From: Phoronis australis
Lineage: Eukaryota > Animalia > Phoronida
Length of the DNA stretch: 64,000 nucleotides
NCBI GenBank assembly: GCA_002633005.1
Contig: NMRA01000842.1
Coordinates: 57,072-121,071 of the forward strand
Direction: 5' to 3'
A program made the position numbers and the translations under genes. Positions 36,811 through 49,945 of this stretch are shown one piece after another. The first letter of the stretch is position 1. Each line of letters opens with the position of its first letter. Under the pieces are notes generated by a model, which was not told the DNA's origin, ran no database searches, and was given only the letters and a program-made list of their open reading frames with translations.

Positions 36811-36999
36811 CAGGGGCGGATCCAAGATTTTGAGTTGGGTGGGGGCAGGGCAGAGTATTAGTGAGGATTGTGGGGGCAGGGCAGAGTATTAGTGAGGATT
36901 TTGCTCGTCAGACATTCGCACCCCCGAACTGCCAAATGGAATCAGAGAATTTTTTTGGGGGGGCATGGCCCCTTTGGCCCCCCTCTAAATCCGCCACAG
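36811..36999. mobile_element. CAGGGGCGGAT..ATCCGCCACAG MITE
   Basis: Imperfect 11-bp TIRs, G/C-run subterminal regions, flanks TCTGT/CCTGT. Confidence 0.65.
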
Positions 37000-39204
37000 C
37001 CTGTCTAAGAATTTTCAAGTTAGAATATTTAACACCTGTATATTATTGTGATGGAACCATTGTCCTATATTGTGCTGGTTAAGTTGATGAATTGATTATT
37101 TATGTTTACTTTAAGTACAGTAGTTTCAGACCACTTGGAAAGTCTGCTGAGAATGATTTGCTAACTATAAGTTCTAAGAATTATTGGAGCATGCTTGTGA
37201 CTAAAGCAAGTTAAGAGCATAATCTGTGAAAAAACGGAAACAACCAAACCATACAAATCAGCCTTTCTTGATATAAAAGCCTTTTTAAGTTTTATTCTTG
37301 TGATAAAAGTTAATCCGGCCCTATTAGCAACATGATTTGTTAGGTGGCTTGTAGAGTTGATACAATGGGCACGACTTCATTCGGTCATGTGACCTGCACT
37401 ATTTTTGTGTTCACAACAGCACTTACGATGGCAACTGTAAGCGGTTACAATGTGCGTTCGCATTTTGCAGTTCATTATTTGAAATATTTTGTTCAAGTTA
37501 TAATGTAAAACCAATTGAACATAGCACCTCAAGTCACTGTTGGAGCCATTTAGTGAGGAAGCAAAATTTCCTTCTATAACTAGTCATTCACTGCTGATGG
37601 GCGATATACCAGGAGGTATAGCTCATTGGGGAGAGCTATGACCTGAACTTGTTGCCTCAAGTGAAAGATAGCCAACTGATTCTGTAATGAGGGCAGCTTT
37701 TCCTAATCACCTCAGTGTTAAATAATTGTTTTGATAACCCTGTGTCTCTGATGCAGTTGGTCACACAGGATTTCCTCCTCTGTTATCCATTCATTCCTTC
37801 ATTAAAGCAGTGAACAGTTTGCAGTTGGAAAATTATTTTCAGGGATTTTCTAGTCTCATGATATCGCTCAATTAGTGGCTGATGTCACTGGACCTGCCTG
37901 GTCATATGCTAATGACAGTCCAGGATCACAGGACACTGGTTAGAACTCATGAATGATTGAGTGCACTTGGTGACCTCATGTGATACACATGTCCAAAGCC
38001 ATGTGTGGTTGATGCTCTATGTATGAAGTAATTGCCATGTACAGGGGTGGTCCCACACTTAGGACTGCCAGGTGGCCAAATTGGCTTTTAAGATAGAGTG
38101 TGTGGTTAGCCCCATAAAACCTCCTGGTATACATTCCTCTGAGTCTGCATCAAAAACCTCAGAGATCAAGGGACTCCTGACCTGCAAATGTTTTGCTTTT
38201 CAAAAATTCCCAGTATTCTCATTGTGATTCTGGTGCACATTGTCTTTGTCTACTGTATCATTAACATCGCAAGCTTCTAAAACACCATTGTGCTATTTAA
38301 ATATTTTTCTTGTGCAGTCCTATTAGTAAACACATGATGCTGTATGGGGAGNGGAGGGTTGACTGCTGAGCTGAGAGATGGGTTGGGGGCTGAACTGAGG
38401 GATAGGTTGGTCATAGGGTGTTGAGCTGAGGGATGGCAGGGTTGGTGCTAGAATTTGTTTGCTGCCGAGTCCCAGGCCTATCTATGTTTTCTCTCATTCT
38501 CGTGTCTTGCACTGCATTCTTTAAATCAATACCCTGGCAATGTTTATCTGAGTTCGACGTCAAAAAGATAAAACATCCTACGGTAAAACTGCACGACCCA
38601 AATTCTTCCAGGAACTGTATATCATATGATTCAACGATTTCATTCACATGTAATAAAGTACAGTGCACAACATACGGTTTCGTCCACCATTTTGAATATG
38701 TAATTTGGTAGAGTAAACAAACCAATTCATGATTACTCCTTCCGAAACCGCAAACTTCGTGCACTGCGACTTAAGCAAGGAGTTGTGAACAGCATGCCAT
38801 TTTTCACAGGGAGTAACGATTAATATTGGATCAGCCAACAAAACTCCTTATAAGGCAACTGGCTTGACTGTTACGAGTCTCGTGAATTATCGTCTGATCA
38901 CTATGTGTTAGCTGCTGATGTCTTGCGAGACTTGGTTGACCAATTAAATCGTCAGAATTTTCCTCTCTGTCTTCATCGCACTACTTGAGGCTCGCTGGTT
39001 CCCTGCGTGTCTCCTTCTCCCTGACGGACATCATTTAATTTTCCTCGGGGAAAACTTTTTACTCTAGCCTTTCTGATTGGCTGGTTGAATTGTCAACAGG
39101 TAGTGCTTAATACGTAAACAAACCCGCGTGACTGATGGAGGAAGTGTAAATGTGGATTATAGTTTGTGGTCTGTTGTACAGACAGATTGGGATATGTTCA
39201 AGAA

Positions 39205-40603
39205 CACGGGTGAGAAACAACATGACCGCCGGTCCTCTAAACAGGACCTCCGGGGATCAAATGGGACCGCCGCACCAGAAAATGGGACTGACGCACCCAA
39301 AAACATGACCGCCCCACCACAAAACAGGACCGCCGGGGACTGAGTAGTTAAGGCCTTTGTGTGATACTGCGGGTTATGACGTAACCGGTCAGATAGCTGT
39401 GTAAAGACTATCGCCAAAATAAAGCTTGACAGCCTTGCGTTATTGAGCTCCGTTACATCCCCGACATTGCCCACAGCCCGGGTAGTTCTGCTCGTCACCT
39501 CGTCGTGGAACTTACATCAACATGTAGTAGAGCGCGCGACCGATGCAGGCGCATGCAAAATCTAGGCGTCAACCAACACTCACCTTGCAGTTTGCAACCG
39601 CTTGAGTGAAAAACAATCTAATGAACTGTTGTAATAATAAGTGACATGTGCACGCGCCATTTCCTCAGAAAAATTTTGAGACATCTTTCGAAAGATGATG
39701 ACAACTTGGCGGCAACAAGGTTTGTTATGAAATTCGGTTTGCTGGTATTAAAGTACTGAAAACTTATAACGAAATGAAACCAGTTTCGATAATTTGTTGT
39801 GCCAGGTACGCAACCTTGTAGAAGGACAGTTGACTGAAGAATCGGGGGAAAAGGAACCGGCCAATGTAAGCCGACTTAAGAGAACGCAGAATAACGACAG
39901 AACGACAATTTCTCTCGAGCGCCGATGAAATAATTTAGTTTACTCAAGGAAGAGTGTCGTTAAAAAAAATTCGCCGGGTAAAGATTTTACATGTTCAGTT
40001 TTTTACCCACATCGGCGCAAAGCTGTACATTTAATGTACAGCTTTGCCGCACAAAGGCAGCTAGTATGATGATGCTTCACCCGAGAACCAGAACGTCCGT
40101 TTTTTTACTTGACTAACTTTAAACGTCAAATTGGAGAAAATGATTTTCATTTTGTTCTAAAACTTATGCAGTGGATAAAATTATAATTATTTAGCTCAAA
40201 AGCGTACAACGAGGTTGTTTTGTGTTAGATTTATTAAATGTTGACCTTTCAACTGTTTATAAGTCACATACCGCAGCCGGGAGCCTGGTGATGAGTAAAA
40301 CTCAAAAGCGCCGCGTATTACAAAGCGAAGTGTCCTTTGTTGCTCACAAAAGATTTCGGTGGATTAATCGGCACAAGACCTGCATATGCATACGTATATA
40401 GCCCCATTGTATGATCTGTGTAGGCCTAACGGTAATAAATCTTAGCCTGTTAGTTGTTGCGGTTTTAGTCCCCGGCGGTCCTGTTTTGTGGTGGGGCGGT
40501 CATGTTTTTGGGTGCGTCAGTCCCATTTTCTGGTGCGGCGGTCCCATTTGATCCCCGGAGGTCCTGTTTAGAGGACCGGCGGTCATGTTGTTTCTCACCC
40601 GTG
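39205..40603. mobile_element. Non-autonomous DNA transposon with perfect 137-bp TIRs, CACGGG..CCCGTG termini and 5-bp TSD AAGAA (copy 1)
   Basis: 39205-39341 is the exact reverse complement of 40467-40603. AAGAA at 39200-39204 and 40604-40608. A paralogous empty site is present at about 26180-26195. Confidence 0.9.
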
Positions 40604-43341
40604 AAGAAATGTGCATCGGAAAGATGTGGTTGTGCGTTTTCGGGGTGCGTTTTCCTACTTTTTATGTTGCCACAGTGTCGTTTTGGGCTATCGATGTTAA
40701 GCTCATGAACTCCAAGCCAGGTCGCAGATAACTGTACTTGATCTCTGCTAATGTTGTTGACACTGTAGAGGGAAAACTCTGTTGGCAAATTGTTGACAAG
40801 GCTAAATATCGTCCACAGTCCGCCATTTTCTTTCTTAGTTGTAAAGGTAAAGAATGACTGCCGAGGTTACATCAACCAGTGATAGAGTGCGTTCTGCTGA
40901 ATGATACTGCATGTCCCCTTACTCCTAGCGGTACTCCAGCGAGTACTAGAGGAAGCCAGAACAAAGAACATTTTTGTGAACTGCAGTTTTGCAGCTGATG
41001 AAGTTGCGAATCTCTCTGAATACAAAAATAAACAATTTGTGACTTAGGTGAGGTTTGTTTTGTCAAGAAATTAGTGGCTTCCCAGGGATGCACAAGTTCA
41101 CTGAAAATTACGCCATTTTCAATTTCACTGCGATTTCAGTGATAGGGAGGCGTTATTGCCATACCTGGTATGGGTTGAGCACAAAGTGCTGAGCTGAGAG
41201 ATTATGGTGCACATTTGGTTCCATTAAAACTGCATTGATTACCTTGTGCCATCGTTGAGTGCAGAATTACAGTCATTTAAATACAAATGAGTGACTACAT
41301 TTCATTTGGATCGATATTGATCCGCTGGTTTCCTTTTTGATATTTTTTCACGTAAAAATTCCATAGGCCATTCCCTGTCAGTACTACTATGTACTCCTAC
41401 GCATGTTGTGTCAGTAAATCGCGACTTTGTGCTAAGAAATCAATATGAGAGAACTTTATCAGACCATAGTGAGCTCTGCATAGATGGTCCCTCTGCTCCA
41501 GTGGGTGCTGTCAGTGCAATATGGCACATGAGAGAGCCACTATGGAATTCAGTTAGACAGTGGCCATCTTTTATCTTCACCACATGGATATAAACTTTGA
41601 CATGCCCCCAAGTTATAATTCCCATTATTTCATTCCTTGGTTTCTATTTTAGCCAAAAGCAGAGTCCAAACTGTAAGTCTTAAATAGGAATTGATGTAGT
41701 TATTTTCTTCAGGGACTGAGTCAAGTTAAAAAATTCCACCTCTGCATTAGAAGAATTACTGTAAGAAGTGGAAAACGGCGCTCATATTCTCTCACCTTGA
41801 GCTCTCATTTTGGGAACCTAGTGGATGGACTCTGTACTATAATTATAGGTCTTAATTTTCGTGTCACCCAATGTTTCTTTAGCAGTTTGAGGAAACCACT
41901 TTAATTCATGCCGGTAATTAATCATTCTATTAGTTAATTAAAATGTTTTTTGGCATTGATTTTAAACTAGTTGATAGGTATGAGCAGATCTGTGTCAGAA
42001 CGTATGTAGATGATTACAGAAGCAAAAAGTCATGTGGAGTTCGAATGTTCAGCAAAATTATGTCAAACAACTACCAAACTACCATACTGCTTGCAGTTAC
42101 TGCCCAGAGCACTTGGATTGGGGAATCTCTCAAAATTGTGGTGATCAAAACAACATTTTGAGAAGTCGTAGGTGTTGGCTTTTCGGAATGACCAATAGTG
42201 TTAATAGCCAGGTAGCTGTATAGAAATGGGACTTCACATACAGGTAGTCACATAAAGCATTAATGGGTGGATTCACTGGATTGTAGACAATGTACTAAGT
42301 GACAAAGTGATGGTGCAGAGTAATGCGAACAAGCTTACACAACCCATTTTCACCTTTTTCTATGCAAATGTTACACGTATGTAATGAGGTTGCCTCTCAC
42401 TTCCTTGCGCGAATGCTTTCATTTTTTCACACGAATCTGATAAGTTAGATCGTATAAGTCGTTGATTAGCATAATTTATTAGAATGCAGATATGCAAGAA
42501 GAGTATTGTATACTTGAGTAAAAAACTGCAGAGTGTCCTGACCAAATAAAGAACTGCAGAGTGTCCTGACCAAATAAAGAACTGCAGAGTATCTTGACCA
42601 AATAAGGTTAAGGCTGTGATTGATACTAAAGAATATTGAGTTACATACTTTTCAGGAGGTATCTCAGGTGAGGTATTCACGAAGGCACAGACACAAGTCT
42701 TGGTCGTGTAAAGTAGGCATGGTCGATGAGAGGAGCATGGGTGCTTAAGTTTGTGAACATTTGGAACATTCGCGGGTGCTCGGTAATAGTTGGGTATGGG
42801 CCTTGTGCTAAGTAATAGTTGAGTATGGGCCTTAAGCAGGACAAGTGTGGTATTATTGATTTCTGCGTTGTTTTTCACCGTCTCGCCTGATGCATGTGTC
42901 ACAGGTGGGATTATACCCGGGAATCAGGGAACATCGGTTGGTAGACTGTTGGTTTGACTTGTTTTCCTCTCAGCTGCTGGTTCAAAGAATCACACCCTGG
43001 TGAAGAACCACACCAAGCATCACTTTATCTGGTTTGAAGATGTGTGCAAGTTTAAGCATGTGGAATACAAGGAATTTCTAATATCCTAAGTGTCCAACCA
43101 CAATTATTCACATGTGCCCCCTATGCAGATTCCTTTGGTGAATACCTGATCTGTGGTTTGCTTGTGTTTGTTGTACATTGACCCTGTGGTCTCCTAACCT
43201 GTGGTCTACCACAATCAATGTCCAATCTCAACATATAACAAAAGGGCCTCACACATTTCCTTTCATTTCACCTGGTCAGGAGTCCATTCACCCAGTGTTA
43301 CCTGCTCTTGGTATGTTGACAACAACAGTTGAATCCAAGAC

Positions 43342-44006
43342 CGCTTGTGAGAAACAACATCACCACCAGACTCAAAACACCACCGCTGGTTCTCCAAATC
43401 AGACCGACTCGCCACAAAACAGGACCCACGGGGATCAAATGGGACCTCCGCACTAGGAAATGGGACCGATGCACCTAAAAACATGACCGCCCCACCACAA
43501 AAGAGGATGCCCGGAGACTGAACATGACCGTGTGGGATTGAAACTTGACTGCAATGACAGTCAGGATAAGTTTATGACCAGTCAATTGACTGTGTAGGCC
43601 TATACCATTTATAAAATGGGGATTCTCCAATTTGATGTTTTTAGTCAAGTCAAAAAATGGGCGTTCCTGTTATTGGGTTAACAGTATCATCATAACTAGC
43701 CTTGGTGCGACAAAGCTGTATACTAAATATACGGCCGATAGTCTTCATACAGCTAGCTGACCGGTTACGTCATAACCCGCAGTATCACACAAAGCCATTC
43801 ATAACTAAGTTTTGTCCAGCAGTCACGTTCAGTCTCCGACGATCCTATTTTCTGGTGGTGCAGTCATGTTTTTAGGTGCGCCGGTCCCATTTTTTGGTGC
43901 GGCGGTCCCATTTGATTCCCGTACGTCCTGTTTTGTGGTGAGTTGGTCTGATTTGGATGACTGGTGGTCATGTTTTGGGTTTGGTGGTCATGTTGTTTCA
44001 CCCATG
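43342..44006. mobile_element. Same long-TIR family, older copy 2
   Basis: Degenerate TIRs of about 180 bp; flanks AAGAC/AAAAC; internal 43745-43800 matches 39353-39400 in reverse orientation. Confidence 0.8.
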
Positions 44007-44044
44007 AAAACCTGCTGACAACATATTGTACATCCACAATGTTA

Positions 44045-44306
44045 GGTTCACAAATTGGTCTCCCATGGCCTCTCCCATGGCCTTACCATTGCAGATTCAC
44101 AAATTGGGCCCCATTGCCTTACCGGTAGAGGTTCATCACAAATTGATACCCCATAGCCTTTCCATTTGAGGTTCATCACTCCATTGGCCATACCATTGGA
44201 GGTCCTTTACCCCATGACCTTACCATTGGCAGATCACAAGTTTGGCCCCATGGCTTTACCATTGTAGGTTCATCACAAATTGGTATCCCATGGCCATACC
44301 ATTGGT
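44045..44306. repeat. Degenerate tandem repeat, unit about 40 bp
   Basis: Variants of CCCATGGCCTTACCATTG..GGTTCATCACAAATTGG. Confidence 0.7.
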
Positions 44307-47300
44307 TAAATACACTTTCTTACATTTTCAACAATTTGGAACACAGAGAAAAGTTTCATCAATTAGGAGATATGATAGTCATCCACTTCTAAAACCTGTA
44401 TTTCCAGTGCCTAAAAATGAAAATCTCATAATCCCTTAAATTCTCAGTGAGTTTCATAATATACAATAACATTGAAACCGTCAGCATCTCAGGAAATGAC
44501 TGCAAATTTTATTTGGGTTGGCTTATCCTAAAACTGCATAATGGTGCAAATACGTATTTTTTGTGGCTTGAGTTGGTAATGGAAATAATATCCTAGATAA
44601 GGTATGTTGTGAGATCGATGTTATGCCTGCGTAATTTTTGTGGTGTTGGAGCGCCACCTTGCGATAACTTCAATGACGTACACAAGAATGTGCATTGACT
44701 TCTTTGCCTGTTAACTAACTACCTAAGCGAGGCTGGAAAGTTTATCTAAACTTGACAGTTGACATCTTAATTGCTCCTTTTGTAGAAGTTGGTATGTATA
44801 ACTAAAAACCTAAATTAGTGTGCTTTCTAAGAAAAAAATATTGCATCAGTGTAAGTCTTAATAATCCCGGTCAATTGACGCCTAACAAATAAATGACCAT
44901 ATTTTGTTTTGACCCCATGCTTACAGTCTTGTGAACAAAACTGAAATGAGCGAATGATAAATATAGGTTTCCAACTACTTTTGTTCATGGAATTGTCATA
45001 GGTGGTTATGAGGTTATGCAATCACTTTATTATTGTTGTTATTGTTATTATTGTGGAATTGTGTAAGCATCTGAATAATTCTTGAATTGAGTTTTTGGTA
45101 AGAAAATGTTTTTGTCTTTAAGATATTCCCATTAATATGTGTTGTATGCTGACCTTTTTCTCCAGTTCTGATACTTCAGTTTTGTTACCTGTACACAAAG
45201 TTGCTTACCCCAAGCCAATCTAGAAGTTCACTCCCATTGACATGTTTATTTGTCTGGCTTGAATCATTAATTACCATTGGGTACATGATTGATTTCACTA
45301 GTGACTTTCACCTAGATAGTCTGATGTTTGGCTGTTGGTCCATAGGCTCTCATACCAGCATAGTGATTCATCTTATGTGTGTCTGACATGACATTGCATC
45401 AAGTTGGCAAATTTTGATAGATGTTCAACATGTTCTCTGATTCACACATTTTCCAAGAAACCTGGAATTGAGCCAGTCTGCTCTGATTAGGCAAGTCCAA
45501 TGTTCCCTGATTATGTAATACAGCACAACAAGATCCTCCAATGGGAGACTGTCTGGTAGTTCTGAGATAAACAAGGAAACACATTGCACTGTGTAAACAA
45601 ACATGGTTGAGTATGCTTCAGTTCCTCATGCATTGTTAATAAAAGGATTTTCCCTGAAATGTCAATATAAATGACTGGTTGTTACCTGGTTCCCCTAGCT
45701 AGCACTGTCCTCCACATCAAGACTCCTGTTGTCTGCCTGATGTTGTGAGGTTCCTGTTGTAATCAGTACAATGTAGTAGTGTGATAATGTCAGTGCATTT
45801 GATTAATTCAGAGGCCAGGAACTTCCCCTGACAACAGCAACTAGAAATGCGAGAAATATTACATCCTTTCATAATATGACCATGTTTTTATTTGAAAAAT
45901 AATTGCCATTGAATTGCTGATGTCAGTCTTTACAAGAGATAAAATCGACAAATGTGGTGCATTCTGGGTATTTGCAAGTTAACAACAAGCTTTTTTAAGT
46001 ACCAATCCTTGTTTCCTCTCACCTCCAGTGCACAATAATACTTCAGTTAATTTGCTCAGAAATAATTGCTTTTCCCATTTTTTCACTATACCAATGCTTC
46101 AATTTCTGACTTGTGTGACCCATGGATGAGAAGAATGAGCCTATAAAATTCATTCCAAGTTGGTCCTTTAAATATGCTATCTAATTAGAAGAGGAATTTA
46201 GGCTAATTGCTTGATCCCTACTTAGAGTACAGGTTTGGTGACCTCGCGTGCATTCAGTAAAGCTGGAACCTATGCTAGGACCTAGCTAAATCTAGCCAAA
46301 GTCACATGATCTCATTTAAAATACACGGCAATATCTCGCGTAATTTCGCGAAGTCTTGCTTTTTAACGAGGTCCTAGCGCTACTGAGTGGGAGGCTGGTG
46401 TCCTCACAACAGAGGTGTATAGGATTTGTTCACAGCCTGGATCCTGTTCTAGAATCCTGTTTGTGCTATCTGTGTTGAAAGATCACCTGACACCATGGAA
46501 CACAGGATGTGTGTGGGCGGTGAGTGGCCTCACAACCTGTAAACAATCAAGGTATATCTCTAGACAGGCAATCATGTCAGTTAAGCTTTATTACAAGGTC
46601 CAGTCATTGAGTCATGCAACAAATATTTGCGCATATTTATATTACAATTGATGTTTTACTCTTTTACTAAATGTGGAAAGAGTTTTTTTCTCACGAGATG
46701 AACATTATTCCAGGAAATAAGTGTTTGGTTTAATCCACCGTAGTTTTTGAATGTAAGGTGGGATTGTTGGCTCATCTTACGACATCATAGATAACTTGTG
46801 CATATTTAATTAGTGCAGATTTCTGCAGACATAACATTAAACTTGGAGAAAAAACTGTTCACTTAGGGAATGTAATCACAATCCAATTTCACTGACCAAG
46901 GGCAGTGTTGCTGCTAATATTTTGCTCAGATATTCACCAGTCTAATTAGAAATAAGTGTTATGTCAATTATCACATATACCAATATGCTCGCATAAAAAT
47001 TTTTAACGCGCATGGGATGGATAATCGCCAATACTCATCGAATGCACCTGATGCATCAGTGATGGCAGCATCACCAACCGTTCACTTTGATGATGGCAGC
47101 GTCACCAACCGTTCACTTTGATGATGGCAGCGTCACCAACCGTTTATCCCGATGCCATTACCAACTGAAGCTGGTGAACGGTTCGACCAATGTCGCACTT
47201 TACGTTGACTCTCTGCTCATACGGAAGTTCAGTTAGTACGAAGGGCCTCATAAGTTGATAATAATGTAATGGTTAGATGTGCGTCTGGAAGCAGACCGTC

Positions 47301-49329
47301 TTCCGAATTTTGTGCCTTAGACGTGGTATCCATTGACTAAATTCATCTGGAGCCATCCATGTTTGAACTTTTTTAGTTCTCATAGCTTGAGGTTTCATTG
47401 CTTGGCATTGATGTTGTACTCGTGGGAGTTTTGTTGTGCGTGTATTAATATACAGAGGGACATATCTGATAGGCTGATTACTTTGGCTAATTCAATTCTC
47501 ATGTTCCATCAATATCGTTCAATACACCCCCTAAATATAGAACCCAGCTGAAGTATTTTTAGTGAACACAAGGTTTCTACAGGTAATCTTACTACATTGA
47601 GAAAATTGACAGACCTCTTTTTCACACTAACATAAAAGAAACAGTACTAGGACAGGGAGTACAATCTTATCGTTTGATTTTGTATGTCCAGTTATATAAA
47701 TTATGTTCAAGTAAGCTGGTGTTTGAGTTGTTGTGTCCATTCTGTATAACTTGAACTAAAGATATCAAAGGTAGTAATTATACCGCTTATCACATGCTGG
47801 CATTCTTTAGATTTCAATTTGAATTACTGATCTACTAGTTTTGTACAGGTTTGGGCAAGTGTGTTGTCAAGTTCTATATGAATGCAAATAATTTGTCAAA
47901 CTGTTTCAAGGCTACATGTGAACTGTGGGACATCACATCTCAGAAACAGCCAATTGAATTCATATGAAACTGTCGCATATTGTGTTTTCTCGCCTGCTTC
48001 TTCAAAACCCTGTTTTCAAAATGTTGCACTTTTACTTGAAGCGTTATCAAACGTACAGTTTGTATGATATTGATGAAGTTGCGTGAATGGAAAACAAAAT
48101 GATTTCTTTAGAATTCTGCAAAAAAACATTTTTTGAGTTCTCATCTTGAACATTTATATCAAATAAAATTTGGTACTGTTGTTTTGCTATGGCTGTACCT
48201 TTCTTTATTTTAATTCAGACATGGTTATGTGACCCAATTAGTGGCAGATTGACAATAACTCTAACTTGTAAAATTCTAAAGGCTTTCTACTTTCAGAACA
48301 TGACTTTGTTATTGGAGTTGAATGGTAACAGTGGCCTTTAATTATTGAAGAGATGGGGCTTTGTTATAGATCTTGAACCAACCATTTTCGTCAGTTTGAG
48401 GAAATCAGAAACATGTGCGTTCAGTACCATGACATAATCGCCAATACCTATATTTAATCTTTTTACAGAACCCTGACCCACATGCGGAATGCAGCCTGTT
48501 TGAGGTCTTTCCATCAGTTCATAGTCTGTGGACAGCATTAACTGTGAAACCTACATCTAACTTAACTGTGAACCTTACATCAAACTAATCTGTCTAGTTG
48601 CTGTTACACTGCAGGAAATCATCCCTGATTTAAAGTTGTGACATTGATTTTGTGACCTCAAGGAGGTTGACTTAAAATTCTAGGTTGACTTAGTTGAATT
48701 AGATAGCTGCTGCATTGATTTGAGCGATGTGCGCGGAGGTCTTGTTCTCACGGTGTTTCCCACGCGTCACATGACATTTTATGTGAGTAGATATGACTTG
48801 AAGGACTTGACTGTCTGCCAAGAATTGATCCAACGTTCACATGCACAGCCTTGCAGCACATGACCATGTGATTCACCCATCTTGGTCACCCTTAACATGC
48901 ACCTCCAGGCCCTCACTGGTCATATTTTGATTAAATACACTGCCTGTCTGCTTGAGATGTTAATGGGCTTGTGAGATATGTCACAACAGGTTTTTGGCGG
49001 ACAAAGCCTAGTTCCCAAAGCCTACTCCATCAAATTCCTGTGTTTTTCACCACTCATGTCTCAGCTGGCACTGTGTGAGCTTGGTCCAGTCTGATGAGAT
49101 AGCAGGCAACATTTAACTAATCTATTTCTCTCTTGGGATTTTGATTTTTGTCTAATGTCCCTTTCTAAATGTGGATGCTTCAGTGCAATTGTGGCATTCA
49201 CATTAATGTTGCCTTTTCAAACGAGAAATGGTCAGTTTTGGCAGTTATTACTTGGTGAAATAGAATTTCTCCAAGTATGTTGCTCTGACATCAAGTTTTT
49301 TTTGTTTGCACTCTACAGGTCTCATTTTT

Positions 49330-49945
49330 TGTCTGAATCTTATGAAAGTCACACACAACCGTAAGTCCCAAAAGTAATGGAATGCTATTGTTTTTCGTCA
49401 TAATCGGATTCAAAATGGCAGACATGGCAACCATTTTGTTTTCAAATTCAGACTCAAATGCTCATAGAGTCCGCAGTTTTTGGCGTACTGGGTACGATTC
49501 TTGTAGCAGACAGGTATTACAGATGTACCAGAAATAATTTATTTCCAGTCAAAGATGGCGGAAGTATCAGCCATTGTGCACGCACACCTCAATTTTGGGA
49601 CGGAAATGTTTTGTCCTTTAGAGGGCGCACTGTAGGACCAATTGCTTCGAAATTTTTCACGTGTTAGTTTCTTGTGGGTTGCTAGTATTCTGTGGTGCCT
49701 AACCGGAAGTTGATTTCAAGATGGCGGATCTGGCACATTTTCAGTCGTGCTGGGTTGTTATGGTTAACGGGAAGAGCAAATGATGGGAATTTTCGCATGT
49801 TGATTCTTGGAGGTATATTCTAAAATTGGATGAGATGGAACAAATTTTTCTTAGACTTACCGTTTTCGAGTTATTTGACATTGAATTTTAAAAAATGCAA
49901 AATTTCATTTTTTTTCGAAAAAAATGTGGAATTTTGTGAAATTAA
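49330..49945. repeat. Interspersed repeat rich in CAARATGGCGG motifs; inverted relatives at about 55560-56060 and 57305-57545
   Basis: For example, 49635-49667 ACCAATTGCTTCGAAATTTTTCACGTGTTAG is essentially the reverse complement of 55684-55714. Confidence 0.7.

Noticed and set aside
37612-37650. tRNA D-arm/A-box-like TAGCTCATTGGGGAGAGC
   Set aside because: No B box, T-arm or acceptor stem follows; at most a SINE remnant.
39128-39343. Identical peptide in ORFs at 39128-39343 and 40465-40788, with similar ones at 43.2-44.0 and 62.6-62.9 kb
   Set aside because: Translations of the terminal inverted repeats, not genes.
42360-42902. 180-aa minus-strand ORF in the Bcl-2 intron
   Set aside because: Runs through a 29-bp tandem repeat and has no recognisable motifs.
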